This document shows positions 8,421 through 16,843 of a DNA stretch of 64,000 nt, one piece after another. Numbering within the stretch: position 1 is the first letter of the stretch; each line of letters begins with the position of its first letter. The notes under the pieces were generated by a model. That model made no database searches, had not been told where the DNA came from, and worked only from the letters and a program-made list of their open reading frames with translations. The translations under genes and the position numbers were made by a program. Source of the stretch: an uncultured virus (IMG/VR IMGVR_UViG_3300010157_000056) (taxonomy: Duplodnaviria; Heunggongvirae; Uroviricota; Caudoviricetes); IMG/VR virus record IMGVR_UViG_3300010157_000056, positions 1-64,000 of that record; one strand, written 5' to 3'.

Positions 8421-9122
8421 CTACTTAACTAGGGCGTAGTATTCTTCAACTTTGTTGAACCACATGTCTTGATATTTGTTAAAATTTTCTGGAAGTAGGT
8501 CAAATTGCTGATATTGGAAGTCCCTACTACACATAAAAATAACACCACGTTTAATATCTGTACCATAAACTTCGTTATGTGCAGTTGCATAGGCAACTAG
8601 CTGTAGATAATAGTCCTCTACCCATTCAGCTTTCTTGGGTTTGTTTGTTTGTTTATGATCACAAATTGCAGGCTGACCGTCGTATACACCTACCAAGTCG
8701 GTAGTACCAGAAAATAGCCCAGGACAATATAGACTTTGTTCCATAGCCCATACTTCATTCATTTTACTTAGACCGTTTTCAATAATAACATCAGCCATTT
8801 TATTAGCCTGTACGTGTACTGGATTATTACCAGGTTGACGTTGTTCACCGATTAAGAAACGTTCTAAATTGGCATGCATTGCTGTACCAACTCCGGCTGC
8901 TTCTGTAGTAATTTGTTGTGCTTTATCTTCTCCGATACGTTTACGCCATTCAATTAAGTGGGTCATATCCTTAGTAGCGCCTAAAATAGTTGTTACACTA
9001 GGAAGGCGTTCACCATCGGGTGTTTGATAAACACGTTTACGGGTTATCGGGTCGTTTACCTGTTGGCAATTTTTGTATTGGAATCGTTCAATGAACGGAG
9101 GAGGGGAATAGAGTGTTGTCAT
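8421..9122 (-). CDS. PD-(D/E)XK (Cas4/MGME1-like) exonuclease
   Basis: LPSVTTIL, GTAMH, E..L....GTTDL....ICDHKQT, YYLQLVAYA. Confidence 0.85.
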   Translation of the reverse strand: MTTLYSPPPFIERFQYKNCQQVNDPITRKRVYQTPDGERLPSVTTILGATKDMTHLIEWRKRIGEDKAQQITTEAAGVGTAMHANLERFLIGEQRQPGNNPVHVQANKMADVIIENGLSKMNEVWAMEQSLYCPGLFSGTTDLVGVYDGQPAICDHKQTNKPKKAEWVEDYYLQLVAYATAHNEVYGTDIKRGVIFMCSRDFQYQQFDLLPENFNKYQDMWFNKVEEYYALVK

Positions 9123-9131
9123 ATAGTGTTA

Positions 9132-9160
9132 ATTATAACACCATATACTCTATAGGTCAA
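9132..9160 (-). promoter_or_regulatory. sigma70-type promoter for the exonuclease
   Basis: TTGACC-17 nt-TATAAT, with the -10 box 9 nt upstream of the ATG. Confidence 0.75.
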
Positions 9161-9504
9161 AGATCTGGTTTTAATTTCTTAGCATTTCTAGATGCCATAG
9201 CATCTAGACCTGAACTTCCACTAGCGGGTTGTTGTGCTTTATCTTGGTTTGGGTTTTGTGCATTAGTCTTTAGTAATACAGTACCATCATCTAATACATC
9301 AGCAATAACATCGCCTGCTGGATCAACAGCGTTTTTTAATGCTATTAATCCGTCGGGTGTGCTTATGCCCAAATCAAATTGATTCAAGATGTTCATTACT
9401 GCTGGAAACGGCAAAGTAGATGGATTACCCATTTTATTTGCCTGTCCCTGCAATACAGCTAGAACATCTCTAGCTGATCCTAAATCTACTTCAAATAATC
9501 TCAT
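9157..9504 (-). CDS. Hypothetical protein, possible head protein (MRLFE leader)
   Basis: 115-aa ORF coupled to the upstream gene. Confidence 0.75.
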   Translation of the reverse strand: MRLFEVDLGSARDVLAVLQGQANKMGNPSTLPFPAVMNILNQFDLGISTPDGLIALKNAVDPAGDVIADVLDDGTVLLKTNAQNPNQDKAQQPASGSSGLDAMASRNAKKLKPDL

Positions 9505-11066
9505 TATTTAGACAATGAGTTCATGATGTTATGTGATTCAGCTAATTTGCTTGCAAACTTGCTTTCACGCATTTCACGACCGGTAGTGCCCATTCCTGCT
9601 GCTGCATCGCTAGCACCAAATTCGTCACTACCCATATCTGGATTCATGTCATCGGGTGCGCTAAGGTCCATACCTGGGTCCATATCCGGAGTGCCCGGTC
9701 CAATCTCTGGCTCCATTCCCATTGGTTCTTCTGGAACTGCTTCACCTGCTAATGTTGCAACCGCACTGCTTACTGCTTCGCGTTGCTGTGTTAACATTTC
9801 TAAGGTAGCACTCAATGCTGGACCAACTGCTTGCTTAAATGCTTCTGCTTCAGCCGCACCAAAGTCGCCTTTGATAGCATCAGCTAGTTCAATCATTGTC
9901 TTAGTCTGATATTGACCAACACGTTGCATCCACGATGTAAAGTCATTGACCATATCGCCTGCACTAGTAATTGCCTTAGCTTTACCTTCTTCGTCTTCGC
10001 TTAACAAATAGCCTAGGCTTTCGTTAACAAAGCGAACATTATGTTTAACTCTTGCTGTAGATTCTTTCATCTTTTCAGTTGAACGACGAGCCTTGTCACT
10101 TAGGTTAGTAACCTTGCCACGTGGATCTTTCTTCGCTCCTGCTTTTTTCCATTCGCCTTCGTCTTTCCAGCTAGTTACCTTGCCTTCTTTATCTTTGACT
10201 TCAGTGCGTTCTTCTTTAACTTTCTTAGCACGTAAAGCAGCAAAGTCACTCTTTTCTAATTTGCCGTTATGGTTAGCATCAAGTTTACCTTGCTTGCCTT
10301 TTAGTGCTTCTTTAACTTCATCACCGGTGCCATCATCTCTGTCAGCACCGTGATTGCTGCTGTGACGAGTTACCGTACCTTTGTGTGGAGGAAGTTTGAT
10401 ATCATTATCTTTAGCTGCTTTCTTCTCTGCAGAAGTTTTAGAAGCTTTAGATACTTTTGCAGGTTCGTCTTGTGTCTTACCATCCCACTTGTTACCGTAG
10501 CCTTTAGAGCCTGCTTTGTGAACTGTTCCGCCAGCAGTCTTAGTAGCTGTTCCGCCACTAGATGTTTTCTTTGATTGACCAACTTTTAGATCTGTTGCTG
10601 CGGCTGGTTTTTTATGAGCAGTAAAAGCATTATCTGTTGAAGCCTCGGAAACTTTTTTGTCTTTGACAAAAGGATTTTTCTTTTTGTCGGCAACTGCCTT
10701 CTTCATTGGCTCTTTCTTATTGCCGTCTTTATCCATGTCTAGGAAGTCGGGTTTAGATTTCTTAGCTTCGCTAAGTTCTGTCATTTTGTCACGTAGTTGT
10801 TTGATATTTTCGCCTAGCATTTCTTTAATCCTTGTATTAAGCAAGTCCAACATGGCCTTGTCTTTTTGATATGTTTCGTTGGTAAGTAAGTCATTAATAC
10901 CTGCTGTACCTTCCTGTTGGAAAACACGGGTGCGCAATTTGTTACGCATGTCTTCTAGTTGCTCTCTAGAATAGTTCTCTAATTTAACTCGAACGCCAAA
11001 CATTTTGTTCATGTTTTCGTTAAGTTTAGCACTTGTTAATTGAGTTGTAAAGTCACTTGTTTTCAT
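9504..11066 (-). CDS. Lys/Glu-rich probable internal head/scaffold protein
   Basis: 520 aa with a low-complexity charged middle, two DxDxDG-like loops (DMDKDGN, DANHNGK) and many hydrophobic-x-E motifs; ATAAATA upstream. Confidence 0.7.
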   Translation of the reverse strand: MKTSDFTTQLTSAKLNENMNKMFGVRVKLENYSREQLEDMRNKLRTRVFQQEGTAGINDLLTNETYQKDKAMLDLLNTRIKEMLGENIKQLRDKMTELSEAKKSKPDFLDMDKDGNKKEPMKKAVADKKKNPFVKDKKVSEASTDNAFTAHKKPAAATDLKVGQSKKTSSGGTATKTAGGTVHKAGSKGYGNKWDGKTQDEPAKVSKASKTSAEKKAAKDNDIKLPPHKGTVTRHSSNHGADRDDGTGDEVKEALKGKQGKLDANHNGKLEKSDFAALRAKKVKEERTEVKDKEGKVTSWKDEGEWKKAGAKKDPRGKVTNLSDKARRSTEKMKESTARVKHNVRFVNESLGYLLSEDEEGKAKAITSAGDMVNDFTSWMQRVGQYQTKTMIELADAIKGDFGAAEAEAFKQAVGPALSATLEMLTQQREAVSSAVATLAGEAVPEEPMGMEPEIGPGTPDMDPGMDLSAPDDMNPDMGSDEFGASDAAAGMGTTGREMRESKFASKLAESHNIMNSLSK

Positions 11067-11096
11067 AGTTAATTCCAGAAAGATTGATAGTATTAT

Positions 11097-11567
11097 TTAT
11101 ACAATTCTTATCAGTTTCTCAAAACCTCTGATAATAGTTAGCCTGTATTGTTCTTTCTTATGTCTTGCTATTTTTGATTTAGTAAACATAATATCGGCTC
11201 TATCTATTAAATTAGTTTTTAAACTTTTTTCAGCAAATTTAACATGTAGTTCTTCGTCAAACAGTGAATGTCCGTATCCTCTATCAGCAGCTAATAACTT
11301 GTCATCAATCAGTTTGCCCAATGCTAATTGGTTAGCGATCACCGCTGCTGTTTGTGGTAAGTTTATTTGATCTATTAATATTTCTTTTTCAAAATCTACA
11401 ATACAGTAGAATCCGTCTTTCTTTTTTCTAATAGCAAAGTGTCCTACGTTTATAGATCCATCCTTGCTTTTAGTGGGTACTACTACGCCCTTCTGACGCA
11501 ATTTTTCTTTAACATCTTTGCTCAGTTGTTCTATACTTGAGAAGACATCGTTAGTTAATAGTTTCAT
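11097..11567 (-). CDS. Hypothetical phage protein
   Basis: 156-aa ORF in the operon. Confidence 0.75.
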   Translation of the reverse strand: MKLLTNDVFSSIEQLSKDVKEKLRQKGVVVPTKSKDGSINVGHFAIRKKKDGFYCIVDFEKEILIDQINLPQTAAVIANQLALGKLIDDKLLAADRGYGHSLFDEELHVKFAEKSLKTNLIDRADIMFTKSKIARHKKEQYRLTIIRGFEKLIRIV

Positions 11568-11760
11568 CTAGTTGCTTTATTAAAGTCCTGTTATCTTTAC
11601 TTATCGCGTAAAGACCCTTGCGTACAAGGTTTTGAGCGAGCCACTGATCGTGCTCGTCTAAACTAGTAATAGAGACACTGTCTTTATGTCTGTGTATAAA
11701 TGCTTGTTCGGCATTAGTAACAACAATACTCATACCTGATAACAACTGACCTATTTTCAT
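11551..11760 (-). CDS. Hypothetical phage protein
   Basis: 69-aa ORF, AQNLVRKG motif, ATGA-coupled to the upstream gene. Confidence 0.75.
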   Translation of the reverse strand: MKIGQLLSGMSIVVTNAEQAFIHRHKDSVSITSLDEHDQWLAQNLVRKGLYAISKDNRTLIKQLDETIN

Positions 11761-12101
11761 ACTGTTGGTAGCTGCATTTGCTGCTGCATTTGTTGTTGTT
11801 TTTGTTTTAGTCCTACAATTTGTGCTGCAATCTTATCAAGATCAGTCATTGTATCTTTCATACCTTGCTGCATAGCAGGCTGTTGCGTAGAAGGTTGTCC
11901 AGCCGCTTGATTACCTAAGGTAGGAGCAGGTGCTGCACCTGGTACTGCTGGAGGTTGTCCTGGCACAGCAGGAGGAGGTGTTTGTCCAGGTACTGCTGGT
12001 GGTTGTCCAGGTGGAACAGGCGCCGGTGGTTGTCCAGGTGTAACTAGTGGCTGTGTACTCGACCCCACCGGAACCGCTTCTAATAGTTCTTGGATTCTCA
12101 T
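11757..12101 (-). CDS. Pro/Gln-rich hypothetical protein (MRIQELLE leader)
   Basis: PGQPPAV repeats, Gln-rich C-terminal helix. Confidence 0.75.
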   Translation of the reverse strand: MRIQELLEAVPVGSSTQPLVTPGQPPAPVPPGQPPAVPGQTPPPAVPGQPPAVPGAAPAPTLGNQAAGQPSTQQPAMQQGMKDTMTDLDKIAAQIVGLKQKQQQMQQQMQLPTV

Positions 12102-12427
12102 TATTTTAATAGACTTAATAATTGTTCAGCATGTGGGCCTACCCATCCTAATACTGCAATACCACCCGCAATTAGATAAATCCATTTTTCTTTAAATTTT
12201 TCTAAATTGCTAATCTTATTGGCCATTTCCACATGAGCTTGTGTGCTAATATCTTTCATGTCTTTTAAAATTGCAATAGTATGAGCTGCTCGTTGATCAA
12301 TAGAGTCGCTCACTGCCTTCAAGTCTACTTTAAGATCGTCAATCTTTTCTTCAATGTTATCTACTTTAGTTTCTAATACACTAACTCGTTCTGGAACGGT
12401 TGCTAGTGCTAAATTTTTACTGGCCAT
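12101..12427 (-). CDS. Coiled-coil protein with a C-terminal transmembrane helix (holin/XhlA-like architecture)
   Basis: ERVSVLETKVDNIEEKIDDLK coiled coil, WIYLIAGGIAVLGWV TM segment; AGGAGAG SD. Confidence 0.65.
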   Translation of the reverse strand: MASKNLALATVPERVSVLETKVDNIEEKIDDLKVDLKAVSDSIDQRAAHTIAILKDMKDISTQAHVEMANKISNLEKFKEKWIYLIAGGIAVLGWVGPHAEQLLSLLK

Positions 12428-12474
12428 CTTAGGTCTCTCCTGTTAAGTGTACGAATTTCCAACTTTAATGTTGC

Positions 12475-12900
12475 CTAAATTGTGCCTTTGATTGCCTTGA
12501 TGATTGTATTCTTGGAAGAGCTATCTATTAGTTCGAAAATAGCCTTCTCGATATTTATCGTCTCTGTTAATTTTTCAACAACTGGAACTCCTTGCATGTC
12601 TTCATATAAACATCCTATCTCATGTTGTTCGTTAACATATACTCCTGATCTCTCTGGATTGAATCTAAAAGTCCATACTGCATGTTTGCCTTTGAACTTG
12701 GAACCAAATCCTAAATCTTTTATATCAATAATTTGAAGCTCTGGTGAAAAATCATATGAAATATTTGATCTTAATTCAGCACATTGTTTTAATGTAACAA
12801 AGTTCCTATATTGATCGTGTGCTAATGCGCTGCCTTGATTGGGCCTTGCGACGTTGGTGTTTGTTATATCTACGAGAGTTTTTATTTCAATAATTTGCAT
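12475..12900 (-). CDS. Hypothetical phage protein
   Basis: Start reassigned to MQIIEIKTLVDIT (ATG 12900), downstream of an ATAAATA box and a terminator. Confidence 0.75.
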   Translation of the reverse strand: MQIIEIKTLVDITNTNVARPNQGSALAHDQYRNFVTLKQCAELRSNISYDFSPELQIIDIKDLGFGSKFKGKHAVWTFRFNPERSGVYVNEQHEIGCLYEDMQGVPVVEKLTETINIEKAIFELIDSSSKNTIIKAIKGTI

Positions 12901-12929
12901 AATGTACCTATATAATATATTTATGTCAT

Positions 12930-12957
12930 AAAAAAAAGGTCCTCGCAAGAACCTTCT
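12930..12957 (-). terminator. Intrinsic terminator
   Basis: AAGGTTCT-TGCG-AGGACCTT followed by a T-run on the minus strand. Confidence 0.8.
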
Positions 12958-12973
12958 TTACATCTAATATTAA

Positions 12974-13390
12974 TTAAAGAGCTACACCACGCACATTTGC
13001 TGCTACTGTAGTATTAGCATTGTCGTAACCTTGTAATGCTCCGCTTACTGTAGCCGCTGCAACAATAGCTTGTTGGCAAGCAAGTGCAAAAGTTTCATTA
13101 TCATCATCGCCGTCGTAGTCAGCAGTATCAAATGCTCCACCCAATGCTGCCATAGCAAGGGTCAATGTTGTATCACCACCAGAATATCTTGGAGTACCAA
13201 TAATTTCAATGCTGGCTATTTTAGCAATAGCGTCAAGTGCCTGTACCACTGGACTTTGCACGCCGCTTACTCTTCCAAGTTTTGCTGTTAGATCTGCACT
13301 CGGAAATGTGATTGTTATAAACTGTAATGTAACACCATTCTTGTATGCTGGTGCAATTAGCGTTTCATGTGTTTTGGTAGCTCCTGCCAT
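12974..13390 (-). CDS. Probable abundant virion structural protein
   Basis: Ala/Gly/Thr-rich 138 aa; strong AAGGAGATTTCAAC-ATG leader, with its own TAAATA box and terminator. Confidence 0.75.
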   Translation of the reverse strand: MAGATKTHETLIAPAYKNGVTLQFITITFPSADLTAKLGRVSGVQSPVVQALDAIAKIASIEIIGTPRYSGGDTTLTLAMAALGGAFDTADYDGDDDNETFALACQQAIVAAATVSGALQGYDNANTTVAANVRGVAL

Positions 13391-13430
13391 GTTGAAATCT
13401 CCTTAATGTTTATATTTAGCAATTTTAGTC

Positions 13431-13461
13431 AAAAGAAAAGGGAGTTAAAAACTCCCTTTCT
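13431..13461 (-). terminator. Intrinsic terminator
   Basis: GAAAGGGAGT-TTTTA-ACTCCCTTTTCTTTT on the minus strand. Confidence 0.8.
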
Positions 13462-13476
13462 ATACTTAATTAAGTA

Positions 13477-13896
13477 TTAAGCGAATGTGAATGTACCAAC
13501 GCCGTTTAGAGCAGTACTTGTAGCAACTGCGTAGTCAGTGTATGCACCACCTAAAGCTAGGGCCAATGCGTCTCTTAACGCTTTGAAACCAGTTGTAGCA
13601 CCAGCGCTTCCGCCTGTACCGTCACCTTGATTAGCTGTTGGTAGATCAACAATTGCTGTGAAAACGTCATTACCTGAATCGCGCTCGCCTAGCCATACGA
13701 TGCTAGCAACTGTTTGTAGTACTCTACGTGCAATTGTGTATCCGCCGTCAGTGATAGCACCAGTTGTGCCGTTTACTGTGTCTGCTGTGAAAACGTTAGC
13801 TGCACCGCCAGAAGCTGTAATTCTAACTACTAATGGTGAATAACCATAAAATGCGCCGCCGCTTGTTTGTCCGTGAACTCTGTTTAATGTTGCCAT
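13477..13896 (-). CDS. Probable abundant virion structural protein (similar in size and leader to 12974-13390)
   Basis: MATLNRVHG N-terminus; AAGGAGATTTCAAA-ATG leader; ATAAATA upstream. Confidence 0.75.
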   Translation of the reverse strand: MATLNRVHGQTSGGAFYGYSPLVVRITASGGAANVFTADTVNGTTGAITDGGYTIARRVLQTVASIVWLGERDSGNDVFTAIVDLPTANQGDGTGGSAGATTGFKALRDALALALGGAYTDYAVATSTALNGVGTFTFA

Positions 13897-13990
13897 TTTG
13901 AAATCTCCTTGATCTTTGTTTTAAGTTTCCCCATGAAACTTATTATGTTTTTATTTATCCCAATTAATAAAAAATTGCCCAAATGGCATA

Positions 13991-14290
13991 TTAATCGTCG
14001 TTTTTAACATCGCCATCGATAACTTTTAAATGACGTGCTGTTTCTTTATTGTCTCTAAATTTGCGTATACTGCGTACAAACTTGCTAGAATCGCCGCCCT
14101 TAATACTATTAATTAGTCTACGCTCTAATTCATATGCATCTTCTGTAGAAAAATTTTCCTTGATAAGCGTTAATAAGTTAATGGCGCTGTCAATGACATG
14201 TGTTGCCCTTGCCTCAATTATGGCTTCGCTATTCTTTTTTTCTGATATAGAATTAAGTTCTTCTAATAGACTACGAGTGGCTCTTTTCAA
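13991..14290 (-). CDS. Conserved-looking hypothetical helical protein
   Basis: TTG start with GAGG SD; TRSLLEEL...ELERRLINSIK..D..KFVRSIRK. Confidence 0.8.
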   Translation of the reverse strand: MKRATRSLLEELNSISEKKNSEAIIEARATHVIDSAINLLTLIKENFSTEDAYELERRLINSIKGGDSSKFVRSIRKFRDNKETARHLKVIDGDVKNDD

Positions 14291-14327
14291 GATAGTTTCC
14301 TCATTACTTGGTATTTATATTACTTTT

Positions 14328-14356
14328 AGTATAGCATAACATTTGGGAGAATACAA
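14328..14356 (-). promoter_or_regulatory. sigma70-type promoter
   Basis: TTGTAT-17 nt-TATACT upstream of 13991-14290. Confidence 0.6.
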
Positions 14357-14368
14357 CATTGTAAATTT

Positions 14369-14396
14369 TGCTGCGACCGCACATAATGTATAAATA
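14369..14396 (+). promoter_or_regulatory. PhaR-like operator (CTGC-N4-GCAC) next to an exact T4 late promoter TATAAATA
   Basis: TGCTGCGACCGCACA at 14369-14383 and TATAAATA at 14389-14396. Confidence 0.5.
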
Positions 14397-14452
14397 CTTT
14401 ACTCAGTAGAAACCATGAGAGATTACTGAGAATTAACACACAGGAGAAAAAT

Positions 14453-14626
14453 ATGTTAAACGCACTTGCTGAATACTTCCACAAGATGTTTCAGAGATTT
14501 GAAAAGCCACAAACTTACGGATCGGCACTAGAAGAATATATCGTTAGAAATTCACCACAAAATTCTTGTGACGTGGATCGCCTAACTCGTCAATTTGACC
14601 TACGTCAATCAGGCAGAGGATGGTAA
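14453..14626 (+). CDS. Small DUF3563-like protein, 57 aa
   Basis: AGGAG SD; MLNALAEYFHKMFQRFEKPQTYGSALEEYIVRNSPQNSCDVDRLTRQFD...; the LEEYI..S....DVDRL.R.FD pattern resembles DUF3563; not in the ORF track. Confidence 0.7.
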   Translation: MLNALAEYFHKMFQRFEKPQTYGSALEEYIVRNSPQNSCDVDRLTRQFDLRQSGRGW

Positions 14627-14633
14627 TTAAACT

Positions 14634-15191
14634 ATGCCACACGTTGTACGCAGAGTATTAGAAAATGAGTATCCTAAATATCGCAAGCATTTACTTGCCC
14701 TGGATGCAGACAGTCGATTGCTCCGCTTTGGCTTCGCAGTCACAGACGAAGTAATTAACCGGCTATGTGATGGCTTTGAAGAAGACCACAGTCATCATAT
14801 CTTGTTTTGCATTGAAGACTCTAATTTAGAATTTATTGCTATAGGACATATCTCTACTAAAGGAGAAAAGGAGTTGGCATTTTCAGTTCTTAAGGAATAT
14901 CAAGCTCAGGGTATGGGCAATGCATTAATTCGCCGTTGCATACAATGGTGCCGCACACACGGTATCTTAAAAGGCTGTATGGTCTGTCTTAGTCATAACA
15001 AGGCCATTAGACATCTATGTACTAAACACGGTATACACTTTCATAGTGAACACGGCGAGACCGAAGCAAACATTGATCTTGACACCCCTAGCATAGTTAC
15101 ATACGTTAGTGAAGCTGCTGACAGCAACTTAGGTACGTTAGATTATCTAGTAAAGAGGTCGGCTAAATTACCCTGGGCATTTATGTCCTGA
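14634..15191 (+). CDS. GNAT acetyltransferase
   Basis: HLLALD..SRLLRFG; ELAFSVLKEYQAQGMGNALI (acetyl-CoA motif A); N.AIRHL. Confidence 0.85.
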   Translation: MPHVVRRVLENEYPKYRKHLLALDADSRLLRFGFAVTDEVINRLCDGFEEDHSHHILFCIEDSNLEFIAIGHISTKGEKELAFSVLKEYQAQGMGNALIRRCIQWCRTHGILKGCMVCLSHNKAIRHLCTKHGIHFHSEHGETEANIDLDTPSIVTYVSEAADSNLGTLDYLVKRSAKLPWAFMS

Positions 15192-15732
15192 TCTTATTTC
15201 TAGCTTTTTCTTTAGATTCCTCACTCCATTTCCACTTACCTTTAGTTCCTTTATTAGGGTGAGTTTTTCCATACATTGGGTTATTAGTGCCAGACACGTC
15301 TGCATGATTTTGTGACATTTGTTGCTTCGTTACGTCACTATGTTTCTTTTGATAAAACGAATTGTTCTCCCCGGACATATTTTTACTTTGATTAGGGCGT
15401 TTTTGTCCAATTGTTTTTGAAACTCTCTTTGCTATATGCTCAGGAGTTTGAACCAAACCAGATACACCTTCACCGCCATCAGTTAAATTCCTAAGGATAC
15501 CAGTTCCTAAGTCTTTCCTGCCATAATGTTCTATTAGTTTTGTTTCTAATAAATGTGCTTCAGTTTCTGATAACGATCGTGCTACTACTTGTATTTTAGA
15601 TAGGTCATCGGGTAACAGGTTAGTTCCGTTAGATCTTTTATGTGATTCCCACGCTCTGTTATTCTTCCCCTTACCTATGTAATACGGTGTCAGGTCCTTG
15701 CGAAGGTATTGGTAGACGTAATAAATATTCAT
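15181..15732 (-). mobile_element. Free-standing GIY-YIG-family homing endonuclease with NUMOD3-like repeats
   Basis: YYVYQY..PYYIGKG..RAW; E..LIEHYGRKDLGTGILRNLTDGGEG; GENNSFYQKKHS and GTNNPMYGKTH repeats; opposite in orientation to its neighbours. Confidence 0.88.
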
Positions 15733-15801
15733 GCTGATAGTTCCTTATAAACTGTTAGAGTCAGTGGATGCTGATACATCGCGACTGGCACTTTTATTTA
15801 T
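15733..15801 (-). promoter_or_regulatory. Late promoter plus structured, RBS-occluding leader of the homing endonuclease
   Basis: ATAAATA, then CAGT-CGC-GATG-TATCAG-CATC-C-ACTG stem-loop, then AGTT-TATAAGG-AACT hairpin over the AAGGA SD. Confidence 0.6.
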
Positions 15802-15820
15802 TATATTTTTATCACTTCAG

Positions 15821-15854
15821 TTGTATTACACAGTCAATCTGTATATACTAAATA
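15821..15854 (+). promoter_or_regulatory. sigma70-type promoter overlapping a TAAATA box
   Basis: TTGTAT-17 nt-TATACT running into TAAATA. Confidence 0.6.
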
Positions 15855-15912
15855 TATGTGCTAGCAAATAATTGTTAGCACATACAGACACATACACATA
15901 AAGGAAAAATAT

Positions 15913-16191
15913 ATGTCAAATACAATTAACACTCCAAAATTGCCCGAATTCAAAGTTAACCAATCTAAAAATGGTTACGAAATCCGCGCAGACATTCTGG
16001 GGATGGCAAAAGAAATGGTCACTGAAGACTTTCAAGTTAAATTTGCCGGCTGGCAAATGACTGCTGCGAAAGATACTGCAACTGGTCAAATCCTAACTAC
16101 CGTAGCAATGCCAACATTTCCAGGACTTGAGAAAGTTCTAGAAACTGCTGAAAAGATGTATGGCTTTGTTAATCAAAGCCCAAAGAAATAA
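15913..16191 (+). CDS. Hypothetical phage protein
   Basis: AAGGA SD; KNGYEIRADIL.MAK...FP..EKVLETAEKMYGFV. Confidence 0.8.
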   Translation: MSNTINTPKLPEFKVNQSKNGYEIRADILGMAKEMVTEDFQVKFAGWQMTAAKDTATGQILTTVAMPTFPGLEKVLETAEKMYGFVNQSPKK

Positions 16192-16238
16192 TTTATAATA
16201 AAAATATAATTAGGCATAGCCAAAAATTAGAAGAAATG

Positions 16239-16262
16239 AAAAAGCACCCTAGGGTGCTTTTT
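16239..16262. terminator. Bidirectional intrinsic terminator
   Basis: Perfect palindrome AAAAAGCACCCTAGGGTGCTTTTT between convergent genes. Confidence 0.85.
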
Positions 16263-16841
16263 CTATTTGTGCCAGTTAATTCTTTCTTCTATTAACCCTA
16301 CCACCTGTTCACTAAGAACTACTTCGTAATGATTGTAGTTAATTTCTATTAGTTCCATACCTGTATGGTGATGTCGTTGACTTGCAACAGTTACTACCCC
16401 ATCATTTTTTCCATGTATCCACGGAGCATTTCCTTTAGTGGTCACTATGTTGCACCAAGGATGATGTATTTCAATGTTATCTGCTTGACGCATCGGCCAA
16501 CTATTAGGCCCAATGTCTCTTAGCAATTTACTAAATGGCAAAAAGTACTTAACAAAGTCAGCGTGTTCTGCACCACCATACGGTGTGCTTAGAGTGACTG
16601 CACCTAATACTTTTGAAGGCATTAAGTTAGATAGGTGTAGTGAATATATACCACCTAAACTATGAGCAATAAAGAATAGTTTATCTTCATTGTCCAACTG
16701 TTGTTTTATATTATTAAGATTATTTTCAAATCCATCTGCACTATCGTAATTGATGCTTATATGATCACAATCAATGTGCTCTCTAATGTAATTAAAACTT
16801 TCACTCGTGGCGCTGGCACCATGTATATACACTAATTTCAT
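16263..16841 (-). CDS. Alpha/beta hydrolase (lipase/esterase-like)
   Basis: YIHG oxyanion motif, AHSLGG nucleophile elbow, STPYGG, NDGVV, NHYEV. Confidence 0.88.
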   Translation of the reverse strand: MKLVYIHGASATSESFNYIREHIDCDHISINYDSADGFENNLNNIKQQLDNEDKLFFIAHSLGGIYSLHLSNLMPSKVLGAVTLSTPYGGAEHADFVKYFLPFSKLLRDIGPNSWPMRQADNIEIHHPWCNIVTTKGNAPWIHGKNDGVVTVASQRHHHTGMELIEINYNHYEVVLSEQVVGLIEERINWHK

Positions 16842-16843
16842 TA

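Noticed and set aside
8421..9122. CRISPR-associated Cas4 / CRISPR locus
   Set aside because: No Fe-S Cys cluster pattern, no other cas genes and no repeat-spacer array seen in the window
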